Shown here: in pieces, positions 39,050 through 49,688 of the stretch
How positions within the stretch are numbered: the first letter of the stretch is position 1
Layout: each line of letters begins with the position of its first letter
Assembly: GCA_016705245.1 (NCBI GenBank)
Contig: JADIYM010000025.1
Span: 2,577 to 66,576 of the forward strand
Length of the DNA: 64,000 bases
Reading direction: 5' to 3'
From: Blastocatellia bacterium
Lineage (GTDB): Bacteria; Acidobacteriota; Blastocatellia; UBA7656; JADIYM01
Made by a program: the position numbers and the translations under genes
The notes under the pieces: generated by a model
Told to the model about the DNA's origin: nothing
Database searches by the model: none
What the model saw: only the letters and a program-made list of their open reading frames with translations

Positions 39050-40684
39050 TCAGCGAACGGCGGTCGAGACGACCACTCCGTTCGGCTTGTTCCGTCGATA
39101 GGCCTGGGCCATCCGCTCGGCCTGTGGCACTTCGCGAATCGCCCGCTGAAGCTGCGGATCGACCAGGTTCGTGACCTGCGCCGCGGTTTCTGTTCCGTGG
39201 TGCGCCGTTACGAGCTCACGCCGAAGCTCGGTGCGAAGGTACTCGCGTTCGGCATCGACCTCGGCCGCCGTGATCTTCAGTGCCGGATTCTCGGTGACGA
39301 ACTTGCGGAACGCATCGATGTACTTGTCCGTCACGAGGAATTCGCCAGCCTGAAGCAGATGGCCGCCCTTGAGCATCTCGAGTCGGAACGACTCGAATCC
39401 CTTCACCTGTCCGTTGACGGCCTGCGCCGTGAACGCGAACGTCGCCCCGATCCACTTCGCGAGTTTCCTGCCCGTGTCGGGAGGGAAAGCCACTTCGATG
39501 TCAGGCGAGATTCCGCCTCCGCCGTAGATCGGCCGGCCGGAATCGGTGCGGAAGACTTCCTTCTTCGTCGTGTCGTCCGCCACGAGCGGGCTGCGATGCA
39601 TGATGTAGTCGTAGAACGAAGTCTTCGAGTAGTCGCGCTGGATCAACCGGCCGCTCGGCGTGTAGTACTTGCCGGTCGTCAGAATCAGACCGCCGCTGTC
39701 CTTCTCGAGCTCGAACGGCGACTGTACGAGGCCCTTCCCGAACGAAGTCTGACCAACTATGAGCGCACGGTCGTGGTCCTGCAGCGCTCCGGCGACGATC
39801 TCCGACGCGGAGGCCGACGCACCGTTGACGAGAACGACCAGCGGCGCCTCATTCGGCTGCGGGTTCATCGCCGGGATCTCGCCACTGCGCATTCCGTCGG
39901 ACCTCCCGCGAATCGAGAGAATGCCCTGACCCTTGTAAAGGAAGTCGGACGAGATCGCGATGGCTTCCTTCACGAAACCGCCGGGATTGTCCCGCAGGTC
40001 GAGGATCAGCGACTTGACGCCTTGCGGCTCGAGCCTGGCGAGCGCCGTCTTGACCTCGTCTGACGACGTCGAGTTGAACCCGCGCTGAAGGTGGATGTAT
40101 CCCACGCCCGGAGCCACCATGTACGCATTCGTCACGGACGGCTGGGGGACCATATCCCGAATGATCTCAACTGTTTGAAGTTCGGGGAATCCAGGACGGA
40201 GGTACTTGATCGTGACCTTCGTGCCACGGGGTCCCTTGATGTTCGACGACACCTCGAACGAGCTCCATCCCTTGGTGGACTTTCCGTCGACTTCGACGAT
40301 CTCGTCTCCGTACCGGAGTCCCGCCCGAAGCGCCGGAGTCTCGGGGAAGGGGGCCAGAATGAAGACCTTGCCGTTGCGGGCGCCAATCGAAGCGCCGATG
40401 CCGAAGTACTGGCTCTGCTGTTCAGTGCGGAACGTCTCGAACTCTTCGCGGTCATAGAAGCTCGAGTGCGGGTCGAGGGTGCGGAGCATTCCATAAATCG
40501 CGGTCTTCGAAACCTTGGGGTAATCGACGTCCCCTGCGTAGTGGGCTTCGACCACGGTGAGCGCTTCGATGAAGTCCTTCGTGACCTGATCGCGGTCTGG
40601 CCCGGCGGCGGGCACGGCCGTCGGCGCTCCAAGAACGACCGACACGAGAATCGCCAGAGACAAGGCCAAGAAACGCTTCTTCAT
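39050..40684 (-). CDS. ctpA: Carboxyl-terminal processing protease (S41 family, PDZ-containing)
   Basis: S41 motifs LILDLRDNPGG and GASASASEI, a PDZ region, a signal peptide MKKRFLALSLAILV and an AGGAG RBS at the internal ATG. Confidence 0.85.
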   Translation of the reverse strand: MKKRFLALSLAILVSVVLGAPTAVPAAGPDRDQVTKDFIEALTVVEAHYAGDVDYPKVSKTAIYGMLRTLDPHSSFYDREEFETFRTEQQSQYFGIGASIGARNGKVFILAPFPETPALRAGLRYGDEIVEVDGKSTKGWSSFEVSSNIKGPRGTKVTIKYLRPGFPELQTVEIIRDMVPQPSVTNAYMVAPGVGYIHLQRGFNSTSSDEVKTALARLEPQGVKSLILDLRDNPGGFVKEAIAISSDFLYKGQGILSIRGRSDGMRSGEIPAMNPQPNEAPLVVLVNGASASASEIVAGALQDHDRALIVGQTSFGKGLVQSPFELEKDSGGLILTTGKYYTPSGRLIQRDYSKTSFYDYIMHRSPLVADDTTKKEVFRTDSGRPIYGGGGISPDIEVAFPPDTGRKLAKWIGATFAFTAQAVNGQVKGFESFRLEMLKGGHLLQAGEFLVTDKYIDAFRKFVTENPALKITAAEVDAEREYLRTELRRELVTAHHGTETAAQVTNLVDPQLQRAIREVPQAERMAQAYRRNKPNGVVVSTAVR

Positions 40685-40801
40685 AATGCTCCTGTCACCA
40701 ATGCTTTGCGGCAGCTGAGAACGCCAGCCGAAACTATACCGGCACTGTCGAGAGCCGGACAAGCGTCGTTTCGGAGGCCGCCGAAGTGCCCTCGAATGAG
40801 G

Positions 40802-41290
40802 CTAATACGGAGTTGCGCGTCGAATGTTGCCGGTGCGCTCGAGGACATTGAACGTTGAGCTGCGTCGGATGCGGCCGTGGAAGATGAAATCGTCGCCGAC
40901 CCGATCACCTGCCTTTTTCCCGCGAATCGCCGCCGTTCCAGTCGGCAATATCTGTGTCAGCTCGACATCCATGAGTACATACAGGTCCGGAACCCTGTCG
41001 TCGTCGCGCGAGCGAGCAATCCGGATTGCAGCCTCTCGCGTAGCGGCCAGCCGATCGCGCGACCGGCGAAAATCCGCAGGCGGCACCTCGCCAACCTCGA
41101 AGAGGTGGGTCAACTCTGCCACTTCGGCATCGAGAAAAGTCATGAACTCGCTCATCTCTGGCCCAAGAGCTTCGCGATCGCTCTCTATCTCCGGCTGTGC
41201 ACGTCGTTGCGCGTCCGTCACGGACACCTGACAAGCCAATGCGAGGCCGAGAATGACGGTTCGGGTGAGCAACTGGCCGGTTCGAGACAT
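40802..41290 (-). CDS. Hypothetical secreted protein
   Basis: Signal peptide (VILGLALACQVSVTDAQ) and 162 aa. It is the last gene before the repeat/iteron region. Confidence 0.45.
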   Translation of the reverse strand: MSRTGQLLTRTVILGLALACQVSVTDAQRRAQPEIESDREALGPEMSEFMTFLDAEVAELTHLFEVGEVPPADFRRSRDRLAATREAAIRIARSRDDDRVPDLYVLMDVELTQILPTGTAAIRGKKAGDRVGDDFIFHGRIRRSSTFNVLERTGNIRRATPY

Positions 41291-41407
41291 TTGCGTGAAT
41301 TCTCTGCCGCGGGTCGGCTCAGTCTAGCCGCCGCCGGCGAAGCTCGGCAAGATCGGTACTCGGGTCGAACGGTGCGCGATTGAACAGGTCGTGTGGTCAC
41401 ACGCCTC

Positions 41408-41730
41408 GAGACCCAGAACCCAGAGCGCAGCGAGGGGCCGACCTCAGCATCGGTAGCCGTTGAAGAGCCGGATGCCGTCAAACCAGACCATCGCCGACCC
41501 AGAACCCAGAGCGCAGCGAGGGGCCGACCTCAGCATCGGTAGCCGTTGAAGAGCCGGATGCCGTCAAACCAGACCATCGCCGACCCAGAACCCAGAGCGC
41601 AGCGAGGGGCCGACCTCAGCATCGGTAGCCGTTGAAGAGCCGGATGCCGTCAAACCAGACCATCGCCGACCCAGAACCCCGAGCGCAGCGAGGGGCCGAC
41701 CCTGGCATCGGTATCAGCCGGAGAACCGGA
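41408..41730. repeat. Tandem direct repeat, 86-bp unit x about 3.7
   Basis: Unit cccagaacccagagcgcagcgaggggccgacctcagcatcggtagccgttgaagagccggatgccgtcaaaccagaccatcgccga, repeated head-to-tail with near-perfect identity. The last copy degenerates. Confidence 0.9.
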
Positions 41731-41835
41731 TCAACTGCCAGGATCTCGTCCAAATGACCCACGGACTCGCCGTGGTATGATGCCGCGGCTTTTGCGGCCC
41801 CTTCCATATCGGATACTGAAATAAGTCGCCCTGGA

Positions 41836-42250
41836 GTATTGGTCTTCGAACTAAGCCGAGGGCACGTCGAATGCTGCCAGTCGCAGTGGATCTATTGGTC
41901 TTTGAGAGAAGCCACTCCCGTCTGCGAAGCTCGTAGATATTGGTCTTCGAGAGAAATCGGGTTTCGGATGGGGCCAATTCATGCCTTTGAACTCGGCAAG
42001 ATACCTATTGGACTTCGAGAGAAGCCTTATAGGGACTCGAGAGAAGTACCTATTGGAACCTGAGAGAAATACTCGCAGATCTCCCAAGGGACCGAGTCAC
42101 GGGTTTGGAGAGAAGAACTATCGGGTTCGTGAAGAGGAATGTATCGGATTCATGAATAAGAGGTATCGGTCACGGAAAGAACGGGAATCGGGTTCTGGAA
42201 GAAACTGAATTGGGTGCCGGGAGAACAGATATCGGTCCCGGAAAGAAATC
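41836..42250. promoter_or_regulatory. Iteron array (about 13 copies, 22-23 bp spacing, consensus TATYGGNYNNSRGAGAA) plus an AT-rich stretch: putative oriV-type replication origin
   Basis: Repeats TATTGGTCTTCGAGAGAA, TATTGGACTTCGAGAGAAG, TATCGGTCACGGAAAGAA and others. Local GC is far below the window average. AT-rich 42255-42330. Immediately upstream of a Rep initiator gene. Confidence 0.7.
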
Positions 42251-42348
42251 GCGTCTCGTAAGTGTATATTGATCAGTAGTTTACGGCCACTGTAACATGA
42301 AGCAAATAACTGCATGTAACATGGAAGGATGACAGCAGTGGTGGTGCT

Positions 42349-43872
42349 GTGATCCCGGCAGAAGGATCAGGAATGACCAAGAAGAGCCGGCCCCAGTCGC
42401 TGGGGACACGGAAACAGCGAGGGCGCAGCGGCAAGGACGAAATGAACCTCGCCGTCTTTCCGATTGCGGCGCTTTCGGTTCGTGTGCCGAAGGACGTCAA
42501 GGCCCTCAAGTTTCAGGACTCGATCCAGGGCGACGGCGGGAAAATCGTCAAGCGAACGTGGACGGTGCAGGGCGGATCGGACTGCGGGTTGCCGACGGCG
42601 GGCGACGAAGACGTCTACGTTGCCCTGATGGAGTTGACCCGAAAGCTCGGATTCTCGGATCGAAAGGTCAACTTCTCGCGCTACGAACTTGCCAAACGAC
42701 TCGGCTGGTCGCCGTGCGGGAAGACCTACAGCCGAATCGAACAGGCGCTGCTCCGGCTCGCGAACGTGAACATCCACGCATCGAACGCCTTCTGGGACAA
42801 CGCGAAGCGCAGCTACGTGACTGTGAGCTTCTCGCTGATCCAGGAGTATCAGCTCTATGACGAAAAGCCTCGAAAAGGCGAAAAGCTCCGTTCTGACCCG
42901 CCGTCGAGCTTTTTCATGTGGACCGAGCGGCTCTTCGAAAGCTTCAAGAGCGGTTACATCAAGTTTCTCGACACGGAGCTGTACTTCAAACTGAACTCGG
43001 CTACGGCTCGGCGTCTCTTCCGGTACCTCGACAAGAAGTTCGGCCGTGACCACCATTTCGCGATCGACGTCTTCAAGCTGGCGCACGAACACCTCGGAAT
43101 CAGCCGGAATTTCAAATACGTCTCCCAGCTCGTTCAGCAGCTCAAGCCGGCGCTCGAGGACCTGAAGGTAAATGGGTACCTGAGGACGTGGGAGGTCCGT
43201 GACCGGGTCATCTCGTTCCAGCGCGTGCCCCACGACGAGTACGAGCAGGAGGTTCTGGAGGAGGCGCTTGACGGCCTGCCTTTTGAAGAGGCCTCCATGA
43301 CGATCGAGGTCGAAGGAGACGACGAAGCGAAGTTAGCCGGCGTCGAAGGAGACGTCCTCGCGGCGCTCCTCGATCGTGGCATCACGAGACGCCGGGCGGC
43401 ATCGATCGTACGGGCGCATTCCCCGAACCGGCTGGGTCAGATCACGGACACGATCTCGTACTTTGACTGGCTGCTCAAACACGGCAAGCGGCGTGTCGAA
43501 AACCCGGCGGGATTTCTCATCTCGCTTATTAGCGACGAGTTGCCGGTCAGTCACGTGGCCCCGCCGCAGGAGGTGGCGACGGCGAACGACGTGACGGACG
43601 AGATCGAGCGGCGAAGCCGTGAGGAGCTCGACTACACGGTCTTCGTCGACACCGAGGTCAATCGCGCAGTGAGCCGGATGGGCGATCTGGCGCTCGAGGC
43701 TCGCATCCAGGAGAAGATGGGGGAGTTCAAGGCCAGCGACAGGGCCGAGGTCTACCATCGTTGGTCCAATGACATGCTGCGCAGTCACGCGGTTCTGTTC
43801 GTGCGGAAGGCCATTGCGGTGGAATTGCAGCTCCCGGAATTCGAGCAGTGGCTCGAACAGCGGCGCAGCTAA
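42349..43872 (+). CDS. repA: Replication initiator protein, RepA (RPA family, PF10134-like)
   Basis: N-terminal block NLAVFPIAALS...GLPTAGDEDVYVALMELTRK...NFSRYELAKRLGWSPCGKTYSRIEQALLRLANVNI matches the conserved layout I recall for alpha-proteobacterial plasmid RepA/RPA proteins. Probable start is the ATG at 42373 (AGGA RBS). GTG at 42349 is the alternative. Confidence 0.7.
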   Translation: MIPAEGSGMTKKSRPQSLGTRKQRGRSGKDEMNLAVFPIAALSVRVPKDVKALKFQDSIQGDGGKIVKRTWTVQGGSDCGLPTAGDEDVYVALMELTRKLGFSDRKVNFSRYELAKRLGWSPCGKTYSRIEQALLRLANVNIHASNAFWDNAKRSYVTVSFSLIQEYQLYDEKPRKGEKLRSDPPSSFFMWTERLFESFKSGYIKFLDTELYFKLNSATARRLFRYLDKKFGRDHHFAIDVFKLAHEHLGISRNFKYVSQLVQQLKPALEDLKVNGYLRTWEVRDRVISFQRVPHDEYEQEVLEEALDGLPFEEASMTIEVEGDDEAKLAGVEGDVLAALLDRGITRRRAASIVRAHSPNRLGQITDTISYFDWLLKHGKRRVENPAGFLISLISDELPVSHVAPPQEVATANDVTDEIERRSREELDYTVFVDTEVNRAVSRMGDLALEARIQEKMGEFKASDRAEVYHRWSNDMLRSHAVLFVRKAIAVELQLPEFEQWLEQRRS

Positions 43873-43874
43873 GC

Positions 43875-43965
43875 CGCTCCGTGACTCTGAGCCTCGGCGT
43901 CTCTGTGTGCGAAGCATCTGAAGCGCTACGCACACAGAGACGCGGAGGCTCAGAGCCACGAAGAA
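43875..43965. repeat. Palindromic repeat family P1, copy 3
   Basis: ctctgtgtgcgaagcatctgaagcgctacgcacacagagacgcggag, between convergent repA (+) and 43991..44410 (-). Confidence 0.75.
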
Positions 43966-43990
43966 CTGATTCACGAGTTGTCGTGAGCGG

Positions 43991-44410
43991 CTAAGCCTCC
44001 GAATCGGGCTCCGGCGGCGTCACGAGGTCGCGGAGGTCCGAGCGCATCTTCTCGATCTCCACGAGCTTTTCGTCGATCGTCCCGAAGACATCGGACCGCG
44101 CCCGAATGCCCTCATGCAGGAGGTAGGTCGCCGACTCGGCGCGCGTCTTGAAAATGCCGGCATCCACGAGCGTGTCGATCCGTCGCTGGGTGTCGTCGTC
44201 GACGTGGACCGTGATCGAGTTCATCCGGTCCTTGAGATTTTCGAACGCCTTGCCGATCTGATCCGGGATCTTCTGTGCAAAGTCCTTCACCGAGGCCTTG
44301 AATTCCTCGAGCCGGACTCGAGCGTCAGCGCCTGCATCGCGATGGGCCGGATCGCCCTTGTGTTCTACCGTCACGTCGCCAGGGACCAGTGTCTTGTCGG
44401 GATCCGTCAT
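43991..44410 (-). CDS. Hypothetical protein with a C-terminal ribbon-helix-helix (CopG/ParD-like) segment
   Basis: C-terminal RRIDTLVDAGIFKTRAESATYLLHEGI resembles RHH DNA-binding domains. 139 aa, hydrophilic. Confidence 0.45.
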   Translation of the reverse strand: MTDPDKTLVPGDVTVEHKGDPAHRDAGADARVRLEEFKASVKDFAQKIPDQIGKAFENLKDRMNSITVHVDDDTQRRIDTLVDAGIFKTRAESATYLLHEGIRARSDVFGTIDEKLVEIEKMRSDLRDLVTPPEPDSEA

Positions 44411-44602
44411 GATGTGCCTCCGTGTTCGTCGAGCCGCTGCCTCGAACGCCCCGCGCGTCAGGCACGAGCTCTCGTGAAGAGTATAGCGACCCGTACGACG
44501 ATGTGGCGGCCCGCGTTTCTTGCCGCCCGAATTCCGCGGGTGATATAACCGGCTCCTTCGCGTACGAGTGCGAGACGCGGAGATAGGTCGAGGAGAGATG
44601 CC

Positions 44603-45403
44603 GTGCTCAAGAGCATTCTGATGATCCTGATGATGTCGCTTGCCGTCGTGATGGCGGGCTGTTCGGGCACCACGTCCGAAGCGCCGACGGACGCGAAAAT
44701 CACGCAGGACATCAAGTCCTCATTCGACGCCGCAAACATCGCTGGAGTGGAATTTGCCGTGGCGAACGGAATGGTCACGCTGAAGGGCACGGTCACCGAT
44801 CAGGCGACTCTCGACAAGGTGCTGGCTATCGTGAAGGCCATTCCCGGAGTCTCTACCGTCGAGAGTCAGATTGCCGTGAATGCGACTCCGGTGGCGGTCG
44901 TGGATCCTGGAAACAAGGACAGCCTGCTGATGGCGACGGTCCAGCAGCGCCTCCTCGCGGACCCGTTGCTCGCAGGATCGAACATTACGCCTACGGTCTC
45001 CGCTGGGGTCGTCACGCTCGGCGGCACCGTGCCATCCGAAGCGGCCAAAGCGGCTGCGGAGAAGTCGGCGAAGGCCACGCCCGGCGTAGCGTCCGTGACG
45101 AACTCGCTGCAGGTGGTCGCTCCAGCAGCCGTCGAAGCGCCAGTGCCGGACCCGCAGCTCGAGGAGGCCGTCAGCGCCGAGCTCGACAAGCGCTATCCGG
45201 ATCTCACGCTCTTCGTCCAGGTCAAGGACGGCGTTGTGTCGCTCAGTGGCGCTGTGCCGGATCAGTCGAAGATCGTCGAAGTCACGAAGGCCATCCACCA
45301 GGTCAAGGGCGTGAAGGCCGTCGACACCGGCCGGCTGACCATCAAGGGTGGCGAACCGGACGACAAGCGCATCGGTGCGCCGGCAACGGGCAAACCGCAG
45401 TAG
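44603..45403 (+). CDS. BON-domain lipoprotein (OsmY-like, three BON repeats)
   Basis: Lipobox VMAGCSG and three repeats of the type VxVxNGxVTLxGTVxxxAxxxKAxxIAxxIPGVxxVxxQIxV. Confidence 0.75.
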   Translation: MLKSILMILMMSLAVVMAGCSGTTSEAPTDAKITQDIKSSFDAANIAGVEFAVANGMVTLKGTVTDQATLDKVLAIVKAIPGVSTVESQIAVNATPVAVVDPGNKDSLLMATVQQRLLADPLLAGSNITPTVSAGVVTLGGTVPSEAAKAAAEKSAKATPGVASVTNSLQVVAPAAVEAPVPDPQLEEAVSAELDKRYPDLTLFVQVKDGVVSLSGAVPDQSKIVEVTKAIHQVKGVKAVDTGRLTIKGGEPDDKRIGAPATGKPQ

Positions 45404-45544
45404 AGTATCGGTCCTCGGAATAAGCGGTCCGACTGGTGTCTCCAAGTCTCATGGGCATGAGACTTAGCGAGCCGGGCACAAATTTCAGCGATGGATTGGC
45501 GTGAGATTCACGCTTCCCTCAGGACCCATGTCGCGTGAGGCGCC

Positions 45545-45648
45545 GCCGCTTGGCTCCGTGTCTCGGTGCCTCTGAGTCTCTGTGTGCGAAGCTCCGCCGC
45601 CGCTTCGCACACAGAGACTCAGAGGCACCGAGACACGGAGGTGCTTCT
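45545..45648. repeat. Palindromic repeat family P1, copy 4 (longest, near-perfect arms of about 45 bp)
   Basis: ctccgtgtctcggtgcctctgagtctctgtgtgcgaagc tccgccgccg cttcgcacacagagactcagaggcaccgagacacggag, between the convergent BON gene (+) and fabG (-). Confidence 0.9.
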
Positions 45649-45652
45649 CGGC

Positions 45653-46402
45653 CTAAATCCCCGTCCCGCCATCGACGAGCACGACCTGGCCGTTCACGTA
45701 CTCCATTTCTTCCGACGCGAAGTTCACGATGATCCGTGCGATCTCGGCCGTCGACGCCGGCCGCCGCAGCGCGACGCGTTCGACCATCTTCGCGAGATAT
45801 TCCACGGGGAGCCCGCTAGTCATGTCCGTCTCGACGACTCCGAGTGCCAGCGTCACGCACGTCACGTTGCGACGGCCGAGCTCGTTCGAGAGAGCCTTCG
45901 TGAATCCACCGAGTGCGGCCTTCGACGCCGAGTAGTTCGTCTGGCCGACAAAACCCGCCACGCCACTGATGGATCCGATGTTCACGATCCGGCCCTTGCG
46001 CTGCTTCACCATCACCCCGGCCACGTGTTTCGTGATGTTGAACACACCCTTCAGGTTCGTCTGCATGACCTCATCCCAGTCCGATTCCGTCATCTGAAGG
46101 ATGAGCTTGTCGCGGACGATTCCCGCGTTGTTCACGAGCACGTCTATGCCGCCGAAGGCTTCCTTGACGCTCGCGACCAGAGCCTTCGCCGCCTCGAAGT
46201 CCGAAACGTCCGACTGGATCGCCATCGCCGTGACGCCGTACGTCTCGGCCTCGACACGAACGGCCTCGGCGCTCTCGGCGCTGCTGGCGTACGTGAAGGC
46301 GACGTTGGCGCCACGCTTGGCAAACTCGAGGACGGTAGCCCGTCCGATGCCACGCGATCCTCCCGTCAACAGGACGCGCTTTCCGCTGAAGTCTCCGCTC
46401 AT
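45653..46402 (-). CDS. fabG: 3-oxoacyl-[ACP] reductase FabG (SDR family)
   Basis: TGGSRGIGRA cofactor motif, NNAG, and the catalytic S...YxxxK (NYSASKAAL). Confidence 0.85.
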   Translation of the reverse strand: MSGDFSGKRVLLTGGSRGIGRATVLEFAKRGANVAFTYASSAESAEAVRVEAETYGVTAMAIQSDVSDFEAAKALVASVKEAFGGIDVLVNNAGIVRDKLILQMTESDWDEVMQTNLKGVFNITKHVAGVMVKQRKGRIVNIGSISGVAGFVGQTNYSASKAALGGFTKALSNELGRRNVTCVTLALGVVETDMTSGLPVEYLAKMVERVALRRPASTAEIARIIVNFASEEMEYVNGQVVLVDGGTGI

Positions 46403-46431
46403 CGTTCTCTCCCTCTACCGTGGAATGTGCA

Positions 46432-47226
46432 TCAATCGTACAACCTCCGAAGCTCGTCAAGCGCATGCTGAACGGCCTTGCGCGCCCCCTCGAGCCCCTC
46501 GTCGTCGGCGTTTAGCCCGACGTCGATGGGTGGCGCGGCGATGGCCATTGCCCGCGAGAAGGGCTTCGGAATCTGGAACCGGTCCCACGAACCTACCTCC
46601 CAGTATTTCTCCAGAATGAGCGAGACCGGGAGTATCGGGTTGCCGGTCTTTCGCGCGACGGAGGCAGGCCCGGGCTTCACGACATAAAGCGGTCCCTTCG
46701 GTCCGTCGACGGTGAATGCAACCTCGAAGCCGGCGCGCATTGCGCGATTGAGCCCGATCAGCGCGCCGACGGCGCCTCGCGTCGACGATCCGCGCGCCGC
46801 GCCGTATCCGTATCGCTGGATACAGCGCCCAATCCACTCGCCGTCGAAACTCTTGCTCGTCATCACGACGATGTCGCGGCGCCGCCAGAACCAGGTCGTG
46901 GCGAGGATTCGATTGTGGAAGAAGCAGTAGATCGGCAGCCGACCCGACCGGTAGATCGCATCCAGATGTTCTGCCCCGCGGAACTCCCACCGCAGTGTCG
47001 GACCGATCATCGCGATGAGCGCCTGGCAGGCGATCGCCGCGACCCGAATCGTGAGCCGCTGGGTAAGAGTGTACTCGTCGAGCGGCCCCGGCCGGTAGAA
47101 CTCTCGGACACCTTCGTGTGCGTCGCCCGGGGGCAAGGGAGAGGCCGGTACCCGAATCCCTTTTGCGGGCTCCGTGTACCGGCCGTTCGGTGCAGCCGTT
47201 GGTCGTGTGTCTGGCCGGGCGTGCAT
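46432..47226 (-). CDS. Lysophospholipid acyltransferase-like (DUF374/LPLAT) protein
   Basis: Conserved DUF374-type core (FHNRILATTWFWRRRDIVVMTSKSFDGEWIGR...AFTVDGPKGPLYVVKPG). The start is uncertain: the ORF track's extension overlaps pruA and looks non-coding. Confidence 0.55.
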   Translation of the reverse strand: MHARPDTRPTAAPNGRYTEPAKGIRVPASPLPPGDAHEGVREFYRPGPLDEYTLTQRLTIRVAAIACQALIAMIGPTLRWEFRGAEHLDAIYRSGRLPIYCFFHNRILATTWFWRRRDIVVMTSKSFDGEWIGRCIQRYGYGAARGSSTRGAVGALIGLNRAMRAGFEVAFTVDGPKGPLYVVKPGPASVARKTGNPILPVSLILEKYWEVGSWDRFQIPKPFSRAMAIAAPPIDVGLNADDEGLEGARKAVQHALDELRRLYD

Positions 47227-47252
47227 TCGCCGAGGCGCCTTGGGGGCGCCGC

Positions 47253-48812
<1,560 letters not shown>

Positions 48813-48987
48813 GGCGCTTTGGCGCTCCTTTCTCTGGAGGCGGCGCGGTTTCCCGGCGCCGGCGTGCAGTGTGCGGCCGATTCGGCCGTCGTGCGAACCC
48901 GGATTTGTACCACACGGTCCGGTGACTCGGAAACGGGCAGTCGGGGCCGGATTGACGCCTTGGTGAGCGCCGGCCTATCCTGACGGC

Positions 48988-49608
48988 ATGGTGACGAAAC
49001 GAGGCGACGGTCGACTGCCAAAGCTCGCAGCCCTGGTGCTGATCGGGCTCGCGGCCGCAGTCGGCACGGCGTTGGCGCCGGATGCCGGGATGGCGTCATC
49101 GAAGGGGCCGTTCGGCGGCTTCACGGGAGCGCCTGGCGAGGACACGTGCAGGCACTGCCACGATTCGTTTCCGCTGAACGTGCCGGGCGGACTGCTGACG
49201 GTCTCGGGGTTTCCCGAGGTCTATGTGCCTGGCGAGACGTATGCGGTGACCGTGATACTCGCCAGCGACAGCGGTGAGGTATGGGGCTTCGAGGCGACGG
49301 TGCTGTCGGACAAGAGGAAACGTGCGGGCAGGCTGATTGCCGTCGACCGCGATACAACCAAGGTTGTTCCAGGCGTCTTTCTGACGACGCGTGAGTACGT
49401 CGTGCAGAAGAAAGCCGGATCGTATGACGGGCAGCGCGGCTCGGCGACCTGGACCTTCAACTGGAAGGCTCCGAAGAAGGACAAGGGTCCCCTGACGATT
49501 TACGTGGCCGGCAACGTCGGCAACGACAACGAGCAGAAGACGGGCGATTTCATCTACGCCGTGCAGGTCACGTCGCAGCCGGCGGGCGATATGAGCCGCG
49601 AGCGGTAG
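48988..49608 (+). CDS. Secreted hypothetical protein with a single CxxCH motif
   Basis: Signal peptide and CRHCH (a c-type heme-binding-type motif). Its TAG stop lies inside P3 repeat copy 2. Confidence 0.5.
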   Translation: MVTKRGDGRLPKLAALVLIGLAAAVGTALAPDAGMASSKGPFGGFTGAPGEDTCRHCHDSFPLNVPGGLLTVSGFPEVYVPGETYAVTVILASDSGEVWGFEATVLSDKRKRAGRLIAVDRDTTKVVPGVFLTTREYVVQKKAGSYDGQRGSATWTFNWKAPKKDKGPLTIYVAGNVGNDNEQKTGDFIYAVQVTSQPAGDMSRER

Positions 49609-49688
49609 CGAGCGTCCCACGGACAGTGTTGCGGAGAAGATCGCCCCGGTAGCACTGTCCGTTGGACGCTCGCTACCGCTCGCGGCTC
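49593..49688. repeat. Palindromic repeat family P3, copy 2
   Basis: gagccgcgagcggtagcgagcgtcccacggacag...ctgtccgttggacgctcgctaccgctcgcggctc. It overlaps the 3' ends of two convergent genes. Confidence 0.85.

Noticed and set aside
41408-41730. Possible CRISPR array suggested by regularly spaced repeats
   Set aside because: The whole 86-bp unit, not just a short repeat, recurs almost identically, so there are no unique spacers and no cas genes nearby. This is a tandem duplication, not CRISPR.
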